A DNA stretch of 64,000 nucleotides from Oligoflexales bacterium (GTDB taxonomy: Bacteria; Bdellovibrionota_B; Oligoflexia; Oligoflexales; RGVZ01), in contig JBIIGV010000001.1 in the NCBI GenBank assembly GCA_044236265.1, positions 18,509 to 82,508 of the forward strand, given 5' to 3'. The notes beneath the pieces are model-generated. The model had not been told where the DNA came from. It worked only from the letters and a program-made list of their open reading frames with translations, and made no database searches. Positions 1 to 9,530 of the stretch are shown one piece after another (position 1 is the first letter of the stretch; every line of letters starts with the position of its first letter). The position numbers and the translations under genes were made by a program.

Positions 1-728
1 TGAATACAGACTTGTTAATCAAGTTGGCTCCCTTTATTGCTGGTGTTCGCGCCTATCACCATCATACGGCCCTCGGACTTGATAAGTTGCCTGAGGGTGG
101 GATGATCTTGGCTGCCAACCACAGTCTTGCGAGCTACGATATCGCCCTATTAATGGCTGCTATCTACGAATACTCAAACCGTATACCTCGTGCACTGATT
201 GATCGGCTTTTTTTCAAAGTTCCTGGTCTGGGAGCGATCATGGAATCACTGGGTAGCCGAGAAGGCTCCCAGGAAAACGCGGTCAATTTACTTAAAAGCG
301 GTGAGATCATTGTCATTGCTCCGGGTGGTATGCGCGAGGCTCTCAGGCCGTCTCGCGAGAAGTACAAAGTTATGTGGAGTCGTCGTAAAGGCTTTGCGAA
401 GCTTTCCATTGAGTCTGGCGTGCCGATTGTCCTCGCTGCTTGTCCTGCGGCCGATGATATTTACGATATTGCACCAAGTCATTTGACGGCTTGGGCTTAT
501 AAGACTTTGAAAGTGCCACTATTCTTTGCCAAAGGGTTTGGCTATTCGCCAATTCCAAAGCCTGTTCTTTTGACGCATTTGGTGAGCGAACCCCTCTATC
601 CACCCAAAAAGTCAGACAGCCCGGAAGAGATGACCAAGCGTGTAAATGAGTTTCACGCAAGAATCGCTAAGCGTATGGACGAACTCATGGCAGAGGCAGT
701 CGCAAAGACCGTCAACAAGAGGATATAA
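1..728 (+). CDS. Lysophospholipid/DGAT-like acyltransferase (PlsC superfamily), probably 5'-truncated by the window edge
   Basis: Motifs NHSLASYD, APGGMREA and RRKGFAKLSIESGVPIV; the frame is open upstream of the TTG at 12 to the window start. Confidence 0.85.
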   Translation, partial: NTDLLIKLAPFIAGVRAYHHHTALGLDKLPEGGMILAANHSLASYDIALLMAAIYEYSNRIPRALIDRLFFKVPGLGAIMESLGSREGSQENAVNLLKSGEIIVIAPGGMREALRPSREKYKVMWSRRKGFAKLSIESGVPIVLAACPAADDIYDIAPSHLTAWAYKTLKVPLFFAKGFGYSPIPKPVLLTHLVSEPLYPPKKSDSPEEMTKRVNEFHARIAKRMDELMAEAVAKTVNKRI

Positions 729-733
729 GTATT

Positions 734-1864
734 GTGCAGATCTCTGATGTGTCTGAGCAAATGACAAGACTTTGGATAGCTCAGCTATACAAAGAACATA
801 AGGAGATTGCCTGGTATCACCGAGTAGCTTTGCGACCGGTCGTTATTCGTATTGCTGACATGTCGTCCAATTGGGGGCAATGGGATTCCTTTCTTCGCAC
901 AATTACCCTTAGTGAAAAATTAATTCGTGAACATTCGTGGGACGTGGTGCTCGAAGTCCTAAAGCATGAGATGGCGCATCAGTATGTTTCCGAGTGTGTG
1001 CCGGACGCAGGCTTTAAGCCACACGGCGATGTTTTCAAGGATGCCTGCCGTAGGCTTGGTGTCGCGACATGGGCAGCGAAGGCAACGGGAGACATTCCTC
1101 GTGAGATTCCGACAATCAGAGAGCGCGTTTTGACCCAAGATGACGCACGGCTTCTTGAAAAGGTAGAAAAACTACTGTCTTTAGCCAGTTCTAGTAATGA
1201 GCATGAATCGTTGCTTGCGATGGAGAAAGTCCGTGAGCTTTACGCTAAGCATAATCTCGACCGCATCAAACAATCCTTGTTTGATGACGTTATGGATAGT
1301 CTCTACCTCACAAAAAATAAGAAAAAAACTGACCCAACTGAGGCGAAGATACTGTCCATCCTCAATGACCACTTCAACGTGAAAGTGATTCATACACATC
1401 TCTATAATGCCAAAGACTGCCAGCGCTATAAAGCAGCCGAAATTCTTGGCCGTCGCGAAAATATTCTCATGGCAGAATTTGTTTATTTCTTTCTTAATCA
1501 GCAAATTGAAAGCCTGTGGAAGGCGCATAAGAAATCTAGCGGGTGTGCAGGCAGTCTTCGTCGCAGCTATCAAATGGGTGTCTTAAGCGGCTTTGACGAA
1601 AAGCTTGCTAACGCGGGCTCTGTTGAGGCTAAGGTCGCCCAAAATATCAGTGTTGCTACGACTGAGCTAAGGTCATTAATGAAGATCGAACGCAGTCACT
1701 TGGATGAATTCGTCGAAAAAAAATACCCCCGCCTGTCCAAAAAATCTTGGGGCGGGGGACGTTTTGATTCGGGAACATTCGCAACCGGTAAATCTGCTGG
1801 CCGAAGCCTTAATTTAAACCGCCCCATGACCTCAAGTGGCCGCTTTGGGGGTTATCTTACCTAG
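734..1864 (+). CDS. SprT-like zinc metalloprotease domain fused to DUF2786
   Basis: WGQW...VLKHEMAHQY...PHGDVF (SprT-type HExxH); LLEKVEKLLSLASSSNEHE...ELYAKHNL (DUF2786). Confidence 0.8.
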   Translation: MQISDVSEQMTRLWIAQLYKEHKEIAWYHRVALRPVVIRIADMSSNWGQWDSFLRTITLSEKLIREHSWDVVLEVLKHEMAHQYVSECVPDAGFKPHGDVFKDACRRLGVATWAAKATGDIPREIPTIRERVLTQDDARLLEKVEKLLSLASSSNEHESLLAMEKVRELYAKHNLDRIKQSLFDDVMDSLYLTKNKKKTDPTEAKILSILNDHFNVKVIHTHLYNAKDCQRYKAAEILGRRENILMAEFVYFFLNQQIESLWKAHKKSSGCAGSLRRSYQMGVLSGFDEKLANAGSVEAKVAQNISVATTELRSLMKIERSHLDEFVEKKYPRLSKKSWGGGRFDSGTFATGKSAGRSLNLNRPMTSSGRFGGYLT

Positions 1865-1868
1865 CTGA

Positions 1869-2258
1869 TCAATCAGCTTTGATCACGTACTCTTCGCAAG
1901 CAAGTTCTTGGATGACTTCAACATTATTTCTAACGAAAACCATGTCACCTGCAAAGAATTCACCGTCGTAATCATTGGAGATGGCAACTTTCAAAGTTTC
2001 ATCCTTTGATGTGAAGGTGACGATGTCGTCCAGGTGAATACGATCGGAAATAAATTTTTCAATACTTTCAACACCGGTTTGGCCAAGCGTGCCAACTGTT
2101 ACAATTTGTTTGTCCCCGGCTTGCTCTGTCCAGACCATGTAGTTGGCTTCACTGCCACGTGGATGACATTGAAAACCAGCAATCTTGGTGACCGGGTCAG
2201 CGGCAAGAGCTTGGGTGGTTAGAAGTGCGGTGGAGACAAGGGTCAGTAACGTTTTCAT
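1869..2258 (-). CDS. Small secreted hypothetical protein
   Basis: Signal peptide MKTLLTLVSTALLTTQALA; two Cys near the ends of the mature chain; GAGG upstream. Confidence 0.7.
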   Translation of the reverse strand: MKTLLTLVSTALLTTQALAADPVTKIAGFQCHPRGSEANYMVWTEQAGDKQIVTVGTLGQTGVESIEKFISDRIHLDDIVTFTSKDETLKVAISNDYDGEFFAGDMVFVRNNVEVIQELACEEYVIKAD

Positions 2259-2533
2259 GGATGGCCTCTTTTGGTGTGTTTTTGACGGTTTAAACGCTCG
2301 CTACGAGCCTCTCCTACGCTGCCCTGAAAGGCTTGTCAACCGGGACTTTGATGGTTTTTTAGGCAATTTTATAAGTCCCGAAAAGGACTAAATTTGAGCC
2401 AATTGGCCAACTTCAAAATTGGCCGATCCGCCAATAGATTCTGGGTATTTGGCCCCAGGCCTTGATACAATAGTGGCATCGAGCCACGCCTTCTAGCTGT
2501 GCCCAAAGACCTACCCATTTGGAGTGTTGCCCC

Positions 2534-3769
2534 ATGATGAAGATGTCTATTCGTGACGGTCTCAAAGGTGTTTTTGTTATTAGCATGATCTGCCTTGTAA
2601 GCTGTAAGTCGAGTAGCCCCTCTGGTTCAGGGTTGAAAGACGACTTCGCGTCTTCGTCTGTAAAAATTGAGCCACAGTTTTATCCCATTGAAGGGCCGTC
2701 CGACGCAATTTTCCGAAATCGTAAAATCACTCAAAATTATTATTACGGCGGGCAAGCGCTAAACCAGATTTTATCGCGTCATGAACCAGGTTTTGATTTT
2801 CAGGCCAACTGGCTTCACTTTGGCATTTGGGGCTCAATGCGCGCTGGGGAGTCAATGGATGGCACTGATCTTCAGGTTGTAACGGCGACCAAAGATTTTC
2901 TTTTTGACTACATGGAACAATCTTTGGCATGGCTTCCAGATGGCGTACGGGCCCCATATATCGAAAACTTAAGAAAAGACCGCGACCTCATCAAAACAGT
3001 GGATAAGATCGTTCAGCAGTCACTGGCTGGAGGAAACCAGCGAGTTGCCGAAGAAATTATGGGCGCAACTGATCGCTACATTCGCATGCTTGGCTGCGAC
3101 GCCGTGTATGATGAGACCAGACTGAAAAAGTTTATGGACACCTTTCAATACGACTTGGACCGCAATGCCCCTTTTGAAGCTGTTTGGGAGCGCTTGTTAG
3201 CAGGAATTCCTGCTTTGTCAAAAGGAGCGCGACACTCTGGGGGGCAGGATGCCCTTGCGCGGGCCTATGAGGCTTATCACAAATCACGTTTTGAGAAGGA
3301 CCCCGTCACGCGAGCCCAGATGATCTATTACGGTAATCTCTTGATCGCCATTCACGAACAGTTTGTACTGCAAACGTATATTTCCGGCGCTATTGGAATT
3401 TTGGATCCTGCCAGCTCCATTTACCGAAAAGCGGCAACTGTTTTGGCTATGGATATTGGTCTTCCTGATTCCGGATTTACCGGTGTCTCCCGACCAGGCG
3501 TGGGTTTGAAACGCTATCCTTTGCGACAGAGTTTGCCCGCAAAGAACTTTTCAAAAAGCCTCACCCGGTACACGTATCCACCTTTAGTTGAGTTGGCGGC
3601 AGTCACTGGCCTCGATGTCAACACGGGTCGCGGTGCAACTGATTGGCAAGACTATCGGTCTAGAGTTTACTTCATAGCGGGACTTATGCGGACCATGCAA
3701 TCAAATCCCTTGACGGCTTCGTTCCCATTTTCTGGGCCACATGCGAGTTCAAGCGTTCAATGTCGGTGA
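2534..3769 (+). CDS. Lipoprotein of an uncharacterised family (possibly DUF2515-like)
   Basis: ATG 2534 after GGAG; lipobox LVSC; motifs RNRKITQNY, ANWLHFGIWGS, HEQFVLQ and DWQDYRSRVYFI. Family call is from memory. Confidence 0.65.
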   Translation: MMKMSIRDGLKGVFVISMICLVSCKSSSPSGSGLKDDFASSSVKIEPQFYPIEGPSDAIFRNRKITQNYYYGGQALNQILSRHEPGFDFQANWLHFGIWGSMRAGESMDGTDLQVVTATKDFLFDYMEQSLAWLPDGVRAPYIENLRKDRDLIKTVDKIVQQSLAGGNQRVAEEIMGATDRYIRMLGCDAVYDETRLKKFMDTFQYDLDRNAPFEAVWERLLAGIPALSKGARHSGGQDALARAYEAYHKSRFEKDPVTRAQMIYYGNLLIAIHEQFVLQTYISGAIGILDPASSIYRKAATVLAMDIGLPDSGFTGVSRPGVGLKRYPLRQSLPAKNFSKSLTRYTYPPLVELAAVTGLDVNTGRGATDWQDYRSRVYFIAGLMRTMQSNPLTASFPFSGPHASSSVQCR

Positions 3770-3771
3770 TG

Positions 3772-4698
3772 TCAGATTTCAATAGTCCCAGCGAATACAA
3801 AAGTAGCTGGGCCAGCAAGTGTAACGATATCATCTTCGCTATCTTGCTTTGCGTAAAGTCGTCCTCCCGGCATCTCAATTCCAATCCATAATGATCGCTC
3901 GGCCAATCCAGTGGCAAGAGCTGCAACGCCTACGGCGCATGCGCCGGTCCCACAAGCTTGGGTGGGTCCGACTCCGCGCTCCCAGGGGAACACCTGAAAT
4001 AATTCTCCTAATTCCTCACCGAGATCTTTTCTTGCTTGCTGCCGATCCTTGTCGGTTATTTCAAGCGATGACGCAACGTGAACATTGATACCGTCTCCGC
4101 CGCGAACCGTTTGCAAAGGTTTGCCTGCGATTTTTGCCAAATCAGCAGTGGCGTCTTCAACCGTGATAACAACGTGAGGATTGCCAAGGCTTACGGTTTC
4201 AACATCTCCTTTGAGGTCTGGATTTGCCGATTGCAGAGACCTCACGGCGCCAGTGACTTCGCTAGTCCATGTATTTGATTGGCCGACAACAGGAATCGGC
4301 ATAGCAACTGCAACGAATGGATTAGACTCATGGCCCATAAATCGACAGTCAATTCCTGTTCCTTGAACGGTCATAGTGACGCCGTCAAAGTCTAAAACTC
4401 CCTCGCGGTGAGCTCGTCTTCTTGCACTCATGGCCGCACAGCGAAGACCATTGCCGCAGTTTTTTGCGAGGCTTCCATCTGCATTAATAATCACAAGCTC
4501 TTCGGGGTGTGGGTCTTTTCTAGACTTTGAAACAAGTACCAAAATGCCATCAGCTGCGATTCCGGAGCCATCTCTAGAACAAAGTTTAGGTGCCAGTCTC
4601 GAGAGGGTTGGTACTAGCATGTCTTTATCTGGTGTGAGAATCCAAGTGACAATGAAGTCATTTTTCGCACCATGCCATTTTTCAAAATCGATGAACAT
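3772..4698 (-). CDS. dapF: Diaminopimelate epimerase
   Basis: KWHGAKNDF, GIAADG, NCGNGLRC, GNPH and WERGVGPTQACGTGACA. Confidence 0.95.
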   Translation of the reverse strand: MFIDFEKWHGAKNDFIVTWILTPDKDMLVPTLSRLAPKLCSRDGSGIAADGILVLVSKSRKDPHPEELVIINADGSLAKNCGNGLRCAAMSARRRAHREGVLDFDGVTMTVQGTGIDCRFMGHESNPFVAVAMPIPVVGQSNTWTSEVTGAVRSLQSANPDLKGDVETVSLGNPHVVITVEDATADLAKIAGKPLQTVRGGDGINVHVASSLEITDKDRQQARKDLGEELGELFQVFPWERGVGPTQACGTGACAVGVAALATGLAERSLWIGIEMPGGRLYAKQDSEDDIVTLAGPATFVFAGTIEI

Positions 4699-4719
4699 AA
4701 CAAGTCCTGATGGAGTAAA

Positions 4720-5442
4720 TTAGTGTGGATTTAATTTATAGCCGCGACCTCTAACGCTGATCAGAATTTTCGGATCTTTTGGATCTTGTTCAATCATTTT
4801 ACGTAGTCGCACGACAAAATTATCAATCGTTCTGGTCTCAGTCGTTGCTCGCATACCCCAGACTTTTTCTAGTAAATGCTCTCGGCTGACGACTTTGCCA
4901 GGATTGATCATTAATTCTTTTAAAAAATCAGACTCAAGCTTGGTGACTGGAACGACCCCAGACTTGGTCTTAAGTGTTAATTGACCACAGTCTAATTCGA
5001 GATTTCCGATAGAAAATCGTGGTGAATCCTTATTTTTTTCTTCTTCTTTGGTGTAAAGCGCTGCGCGCTCGGTCATGCGGCGAACGCGCGCCAATAGTTC
5101 CTTCAGGTGAAAGGGCTTTGAAATGTAATCGTCAACCCCGGCCTCAAATCCTTGGAGTCTATCGTCTTCCCCTGTTCTAGCGGTCAGCATAAGAATTCCG
5201 ATCTTCGGATCGTGATGCCTAATGGACCTTGCGACCTGAAATCCATCCATTTCTGGCAGCATCACGTCCAAGATCACGCCTTGGAATGGACCTTTGGTGG
5301 CAAAGTCTTGTACGGCTTGAGCGCCATCTGCAGCGTGCGTAACTTCAAAACCTTCTGCTTCCAAATTTAATTTGAGAGTAAAAGCTAGATGCGGCTCGTC
5401 TTCGACGAGGAGTAATTTTTCATGATGTCCTGGGTTTGTCAT
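4720..5442 (-). CDS. OmpR-family response regulator
   Basis: REC domain (VEDE, LDVMLP, KPF) plus wHTH (TRTIDNFVVRLR, VRGRGY). Confidence 0.95.
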   Translation of the reverse strand: MTNPGHHEKLLLVEDEPHLAFTLKLNLEAEGFEVTHAADGAQAVQDFATKGPFQGVILDVMLPEMDGFQVARSIRHHDPKIGILMLTARTGEDDRLQGFEAGVDDYISKPFHLKELLARVRRMTERAALYTKEEEKNKDSPRFSIGNLELDCGQLTLKTKSGVVPVTKLESDFLKELMINPGKVVSREHLLEKVWGMRATTETRTIDNFVVRLRKMIEQDPKDPKILISVRGRGYKLNPH

Positions 5443-6473
5443 GCAGGAAAGCTCGCAATGAATGTAGAACCTTCGCCCTGGCCGGAGCTTGAGACAGAAA
5501 TGTGACCGCCAATCTGTTCCATGGTCGTTTTTACAATAAAAAGTCCAAGGCCGGTACCAGGAATTGCACGCGAGGTGGCGTTGTCACTTCGGTAAAACAT
5601 TTTAAAAATCCGTTTTTTGTCCCGCTTTGATAAACCTAGACCAAAGTCTTTAACAATCACGTCCATGTGATCCAATTTTTTGTCTATGGAAACCTCGACG
5701 ACCCCTTTGCTAGGTGAGTATTTGATGGCGTTTTCGAGAAGATTTCCCAAAACCATATTGAGTGCATTTTGGCTGCCGTACCACGTCGATCCTTCAGGAC
5801 AGCTAACTCTGACTCGATCCTTGAGATTTGGATCAAGATGATTCAGCGTCTCAAGTACCGCATTAATAGCTTTTGCTATGTCGATTGTGCGAATATCGTC
5901 ATTAAACATCGAAAGCCCGCGATCAAGCCTTGACGAGATGAGGATTTGATTGACCAGGCGAATGAGACGCTCGATATCGACGATGCTCATTGAAAGGAGT
6001 TTTTTTTGGGTCTCCTCGGGCAGCGCGCGTTTAGTGAGTGTTTCGTAGGCTAGATGAATACTGGCCAAAGGAGTTCTAAGTTCGTGGGTCACGCTTGAAA
6101 CAAAGTGTCTTTGCTGTTGGATGAGTGATGTCTGACGTTGGCCCCATACGAAAAGCAAGATCGTTCCTGCACCAATCATTGAGAGTAGAACGATGCCAAC
6201 CACGATCAGTGCGACAACGCTTGTATCGTCGGTTGGAAGAAGTGACGGGCTAAGCTGTGAGGCAAGTTTTTCAATTTCACGACGACGACCGATGAACCAG
6301 ATAACCCAAAGTGTAACCACTGCGGTCCACAGAATCTGGACGGCTACGAAGATGCTGATAGGATGAAATATCCACCAAATTCGGCTAAAAATCTTACGCT
6401 TAAGGCGGCCGGAAAAAATGGAGCTTTTAGCAGTCGATCTTGGAGTCAGCGTACTAATAAGGTCTCGTCTCAG
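5439..6473 (-). CDS. Membrane sensor histidine kinase; true start is upstream of 6320 and non-canonical (candidate CTG at 6473)
   Basis: H-box VTHELRTPL, N-box NLLENAIKY, G-boxes DFGLG and GTGLGL. The frame is open to 6491 and encodes the rest of TM1 (HPISIFVAVQILWTAVVTLWVIWF). Start position uncertain. Confidence 0.85.
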   Translation of the reverse strand: MRRDLISTLTPRSTAKSSIFSGRLKRKIFSRIWWIFHPISIFVAVQILWTAVVTLWVIWFIGRRREIEKLASQLSPSLLPTDDTSVVALIVVGIVLLSMIGAGTILLFVWGQRQTSLIQQQRHFVSSVTHELRTPLASIHLAYETLTKRALPEETQKKLLSMSIVDIERLIRLVNQILISSRLDRGLSMFNDDIRTIDIAKAINAVLETLNHLDPNLKDRVRVSCPEGSTWYGSQNALNMVLGNLLENAIKYSPSKGVVEVSIDKKLDHMDVIVKDFGLGLSKRDKKRIFKMFYRSDNATSRAIPGTGLGLFIVKTTMEQIGGHISVSSSGQGEGSTFIASFPA

Positions 6474-7072
6474 TGAATCACATGGATGGAGTTATTTGCT
6501 GTTTTGAGCTCACTTTTAAGCTCTAAAGCCATGTTTAGCAGTTTATTATAATTATAGCGACCGACGATCAAGGCGACCTCATCGGCAGCGTTGGCCTCGA
6601 TCAAGGCTCGTACTAATTGGCTGGTAAGTTCAAATGAGTTTTCATCGCTGAGCGCTCCAGGGCATGGGTAAAGGGCGACTTTACGGACTTTGAGATTAGA
6701 AACAGTTTCTGTCACCATGCCAACCCAAACAGCATAGTCTCTGAAGTTGTCGCCTGGGCAAGGGGTGACAAAAACTCGTCTGGCCTGCCCCTCCTCTGTC
6801 GCTATGCCCATCAAAGATGGTTCTAAAACACTCTGTCCCTTAAGTTCTAGTTCGTAGAGAAGCCTGGAGGTGGAGGTCTCCTCAAGCATCTCGGGGCATG
6901 CTACGGCGCCAGATTTGGCAAATGTCACCACAAGATGTTCTGAGATGTCACGATCGTTGACTGCAAGAGAGATGATAATTCCCTTTTGGCCTAAGTGAGA
7001 CGCAGATGGTTCTTCAGAATTTGGTGCTGATTGAAGGTTTTGAATCTGAGGATCGACGTGAATGGTCGTCAT
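6470..7072 (-). CDS. Hypothetical protein, possibly like the M17 aminopeptidase N-terminal domain
   Basis: ATG 7072 with GGGAGG SD; alpha/beta pattern; lies directly downstream of nusB. Domain call is weak. Confidence 0.5.
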   Translation of the reverse strand: MTTIHVDPQIQNLQSAPNSEEPSASHLGQKGIIISLAVNDRDISEHLVVTFAKSGAVACPEMLEETSTSRLLYELELKGQSVLEPSLMGIATEEGQARRVFVTPCPGDNFRDYAVWVGMVTETVSNLKVRKVALYPCPGALSDENSFELTSQLVRALIEANAADEVALIVGRYNYNKLLNMALELKSELKTANNSIHVIH

Positions 7073-7122
7073 GAGGCCTCCCGTGGCTAGTGAGGGCTTC
7101 AAGATTTCGAGCGGTATACCTT

Positions 7123-7548
7123 TTAGGTTGGTCGCCTCAGGTCGGCGACAACGGCATCAAGAATCCCATTTACAAAGGCGCTTGAGTGCTCAGTTCCATA
7201 CCGTTTTGAAAGCTCGATAGCCTCATTCAAGATTACCTTATCTGGGGCCATTTTCTCAAGAATTTCAAAGGTTGCCATGCGAAGAACGACCCTATCTGTG
7301 CTGGCCATCCTGGATATTTTCCAGTTTTTGCTGTGTCCTGCGATGATTTCATCGAGTTTATTGATATTTGATAGAACACCCTTGACCAAGGTGTTTAGAT
7401 AGTCCTTAAAAGTAGGCTCTACTTTAAAATACTGTACAAAGTTTTCAAAATGCTCGTCTGAGAAATAAAAAAGCTTGTCAGCTTCGCACTGATATAGAAA
7501 CTGCACGGCGAAGTCACGGGCCGTTGTATTGGGATTGGTCGTCGTCAC
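7123..7548 (-). CDS. nusB: Transcription antitermination factor NusB
   Basis: ARDFAVQFLYQ, NWKISRM, NEAIELSKRYG, FVNGILD. Confidence 0.95.
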   Translation of the reverse strand: MTTTNPNTTARDFAVQFLYQCEADKLFYFSDEHFENFVQYFKVEPTFKDYLNTLVKGVLSNINKLDEIIAGHSKNWKISRMASTDRVVLRMATFEILEKMAPDKVILNEAIELSKRYGTEHSSAFVNGILDAVVADLRRPT

Positions 7549-7575
7549 GGTGAAATCTCCTTGGTTTGAGCTCTT

Positions 7576-8031
7576 TTAAATCTTTGCCATGAGCGACGAC
7601 ATTTCAATGGCCGCAGAGGCAGCGTCACGACCTTTATTGCCATATTTGATTCCACTGCGATTGAGTGCCTGCTCGACGGTGTTTGTCGTGAGGACTCCAA
7701 AAATAACCGGTACGCTGGTCTCAAGACCGACATTCATGACGCCGCGGGCGCATTCTCCGGCAACAAAATCAAAGTGCGGAGTTTCTCCTTTAATGACTGC
7801 GCCCAAGGTTACAATTGCAGCATAGTCTCCAGATCTTGCTGCTTTGGCAGCCACGACCGGAATCTCAAAGCAGCCTGGAACCCAAACAATCTCAACCTGG
7901 TCGTCGAGGCCAGCGTCTTTAAATGTTTCCTCTGCACCTGCCAGTAAGCAACGCGTAATCATTTCATTGAAGCGAGCAACAACGATCAAAAATTTCTTTG
8001 AACGGGACGCCTTTGAGTTGTTTTTTGTCAT
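7576..8031 (-). CDS. ribH: 6,7-dimethyl-8-ribityllumazine synthase
   Basis: VARFN, VPGCFEIP, LGAVIKGETPHFDFV, NKGRDAA. Confidence 0.97.
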   Translation of the reverse strand: MTKNNSKASRSKKFLIVVARFNEMITRCLLAGAEETFKDAGLDDQVEIVWVPGCFEIPVVAAKAARSGDYAAIVTLGAVIKGETPHFDFVAGECARGVMNVGLETSVPVIFGVLTTNTVEQALNRSGIKYGNKGRDAASAAIEMSSLMAKI

Positions 8032-8056
8032 GAGTAAGTTCTCCTTTTGACTCGAT

Positions 8057-9193
8057 TCAAGATTGAGTTTGAGTTTGAATTAACACGTTATCCACAACCT
8101 CAAGTCCAAATCCGGCGAGGCCTTTGAGTGTTCGTGGTTGTGAGACGTGCGTGCGCATGCGCTGGATGCCGAGGGATCTGATAATTTGCGCGCCAATCCC
8201 CAAGAGTCTGGAGTCCATAGCAGTAACTTTTTGTTCATCCGATGACGTGATGGTCGAAACATCTTTGAAATCCGGAAAGGCAGCCTGTGACGATGCATAG
8301 CTAAGGTAGACTACGACTGCGGATTTGGACTGCTGTAGCATGTCAAAGCCGTACTGGACGAGATCAAGCTTGTTTTTTAAGCCTCTTCCAAAGACATCAA
8401 GAAATGGCTTTTGTCGATGAACACGCACATCCACGATCGAGTCATCAAAGAATTCTTTCCCTTTAACAAGAGCAAGATGCTGTGACTTATCCAAAAGAGA
8501 TTCGAATAGTATCGCTTCAAACGTTCCAGACCGTGTTTCAATGACTCCTTGATCAACCACTTTCACGAGGCTGTCACGCACGAGTCTGTAGGCAATCAGA
8601 TCGTCAATAGTGACGATCGGTAGTTTATGTTTTGCGGCAAAATTTTCGAGATCCGGCATTCTAGCCATTGAACCATCATCATTCATGATCTCGCAAATTA
8701 CAGCTGCTGGCTTACAACCAGCTAGCTTGGCAAGATCAACCGATCCTTCGGTGTGACCTGAGCGTTCTAGGACGCCACCTTTTTTAGCCCTTAGCGGGAA
8801 AATATGTCCAGGAACCACCAAGTCTTCAGGCTTTGCACCATCAGCCACGGCGACTTTAACTGTGTGAGAGCGATCTGCAGCTGAGATTCCAGTGGTCACA
8901 CCAAAGCAAGCTTCAATGCTAACGGTGAATGCGGTTTTGTGGCCACTCGTTGATTTTGAAACATCATCCATGAGAGGAAGCTTCAATTGATCAACAAGTT
9001 CGGGAGCGAGTGGCAAACAGATAAGGCCGCGGGCCTCTTTTGCCATAAAGTTTATTTTTTCTGGAGTTGAGTGTTCTGCTGCAAAGACAATGTCGCCTTC
9101 GTTTTCACGGTCTTCATCATCGACCATAATGACCATTCCGCCTTTGCGGATGGTTTCGATAGCTTCAACGACGCGGGTGATACTTTTATCCAT
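8057..9193 (-). CDS. ribB: DHBP synthase fused to a degenerate GTP cyclohydrolase II domain (RibBX type)
   Basis: DDEDRENEGD, TTGISAADR, GHTEGSVDL and CEIMNDDG are intact; the C-terminal GCHII-like domain lacks the Zn-binding Cys. Confidence 0.92.
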   Translation of the reverse strand: MDKSITRVVEAIETIRKGGMVIMVDDEDRENEGDIVFAAEHSTPEKINFMAKEARGLICLPLAPELVDQLKLPLMDDVSKSTSGHKTAFTVSIEACFGVTTGISAADRSHTVKVAVADGAKPEDLVVPGHIFPLRAKKGGVLERSGHTEGSVDLAKLAGCKPAAVICEIMNDDGSMARMPDLENFAAKHKLPIVTIDDLIAYRLVRDSLVKVVDQGVIETRSGTFEAILFESLLDKSQHLALVKGKEFFDDSIVDVRVHRQKPFLDVFGRGLKNKLDLVQYGFDMLQQSKSAVVVYLSYASSQAAFPDFKDVSTITSSDEQKVTAMDSRLLGIGAQIIRSLGIQRMRTHVSQPRTLKGLAGFGLEVVDNVLIQTQTQS

Positions 9194-9530
9194 AGCTTAC
9201 GCTCCGGTTACGATCTTGCCACTAGCCTCGTGGGACTAGCCGGCGCCGAAAAAATGCAGTCAGTTCAAAGAGCAACAAATCCACCGTAACTGCACGATCT
9301 CTCAGCCTTTGATGGTGGCTCCTTATGAACTGAGATTAAGTAAAAAGCAATGATTTTAATAAAAATGATCGCCATGGGGTGGCCCGCCCAGAGTGATTTT
9401 ATATTAAATACAGGTACTTAGATTAAAATCAAAGGCCTCCCCTTTTAATAGAGGTTCATGGGGCCTACGAATAGTTCCCACATAAGGCATAATAGAAGCT
9501 GACATCATCTTAAGTCAGAGGGGGGCAGTC

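Noticed and set aside
2320..2335. GCCCTGAAAGGC as part of a c-di-GMP riboswitch
   Set aside because: The remaining GEMM elements are not evident and the stem is very short
9194..9530. FMN riboswitch upstream of ribB
   Set aside because: No RFN core motifs seen on the minus strand; an Rfam scan would confirm
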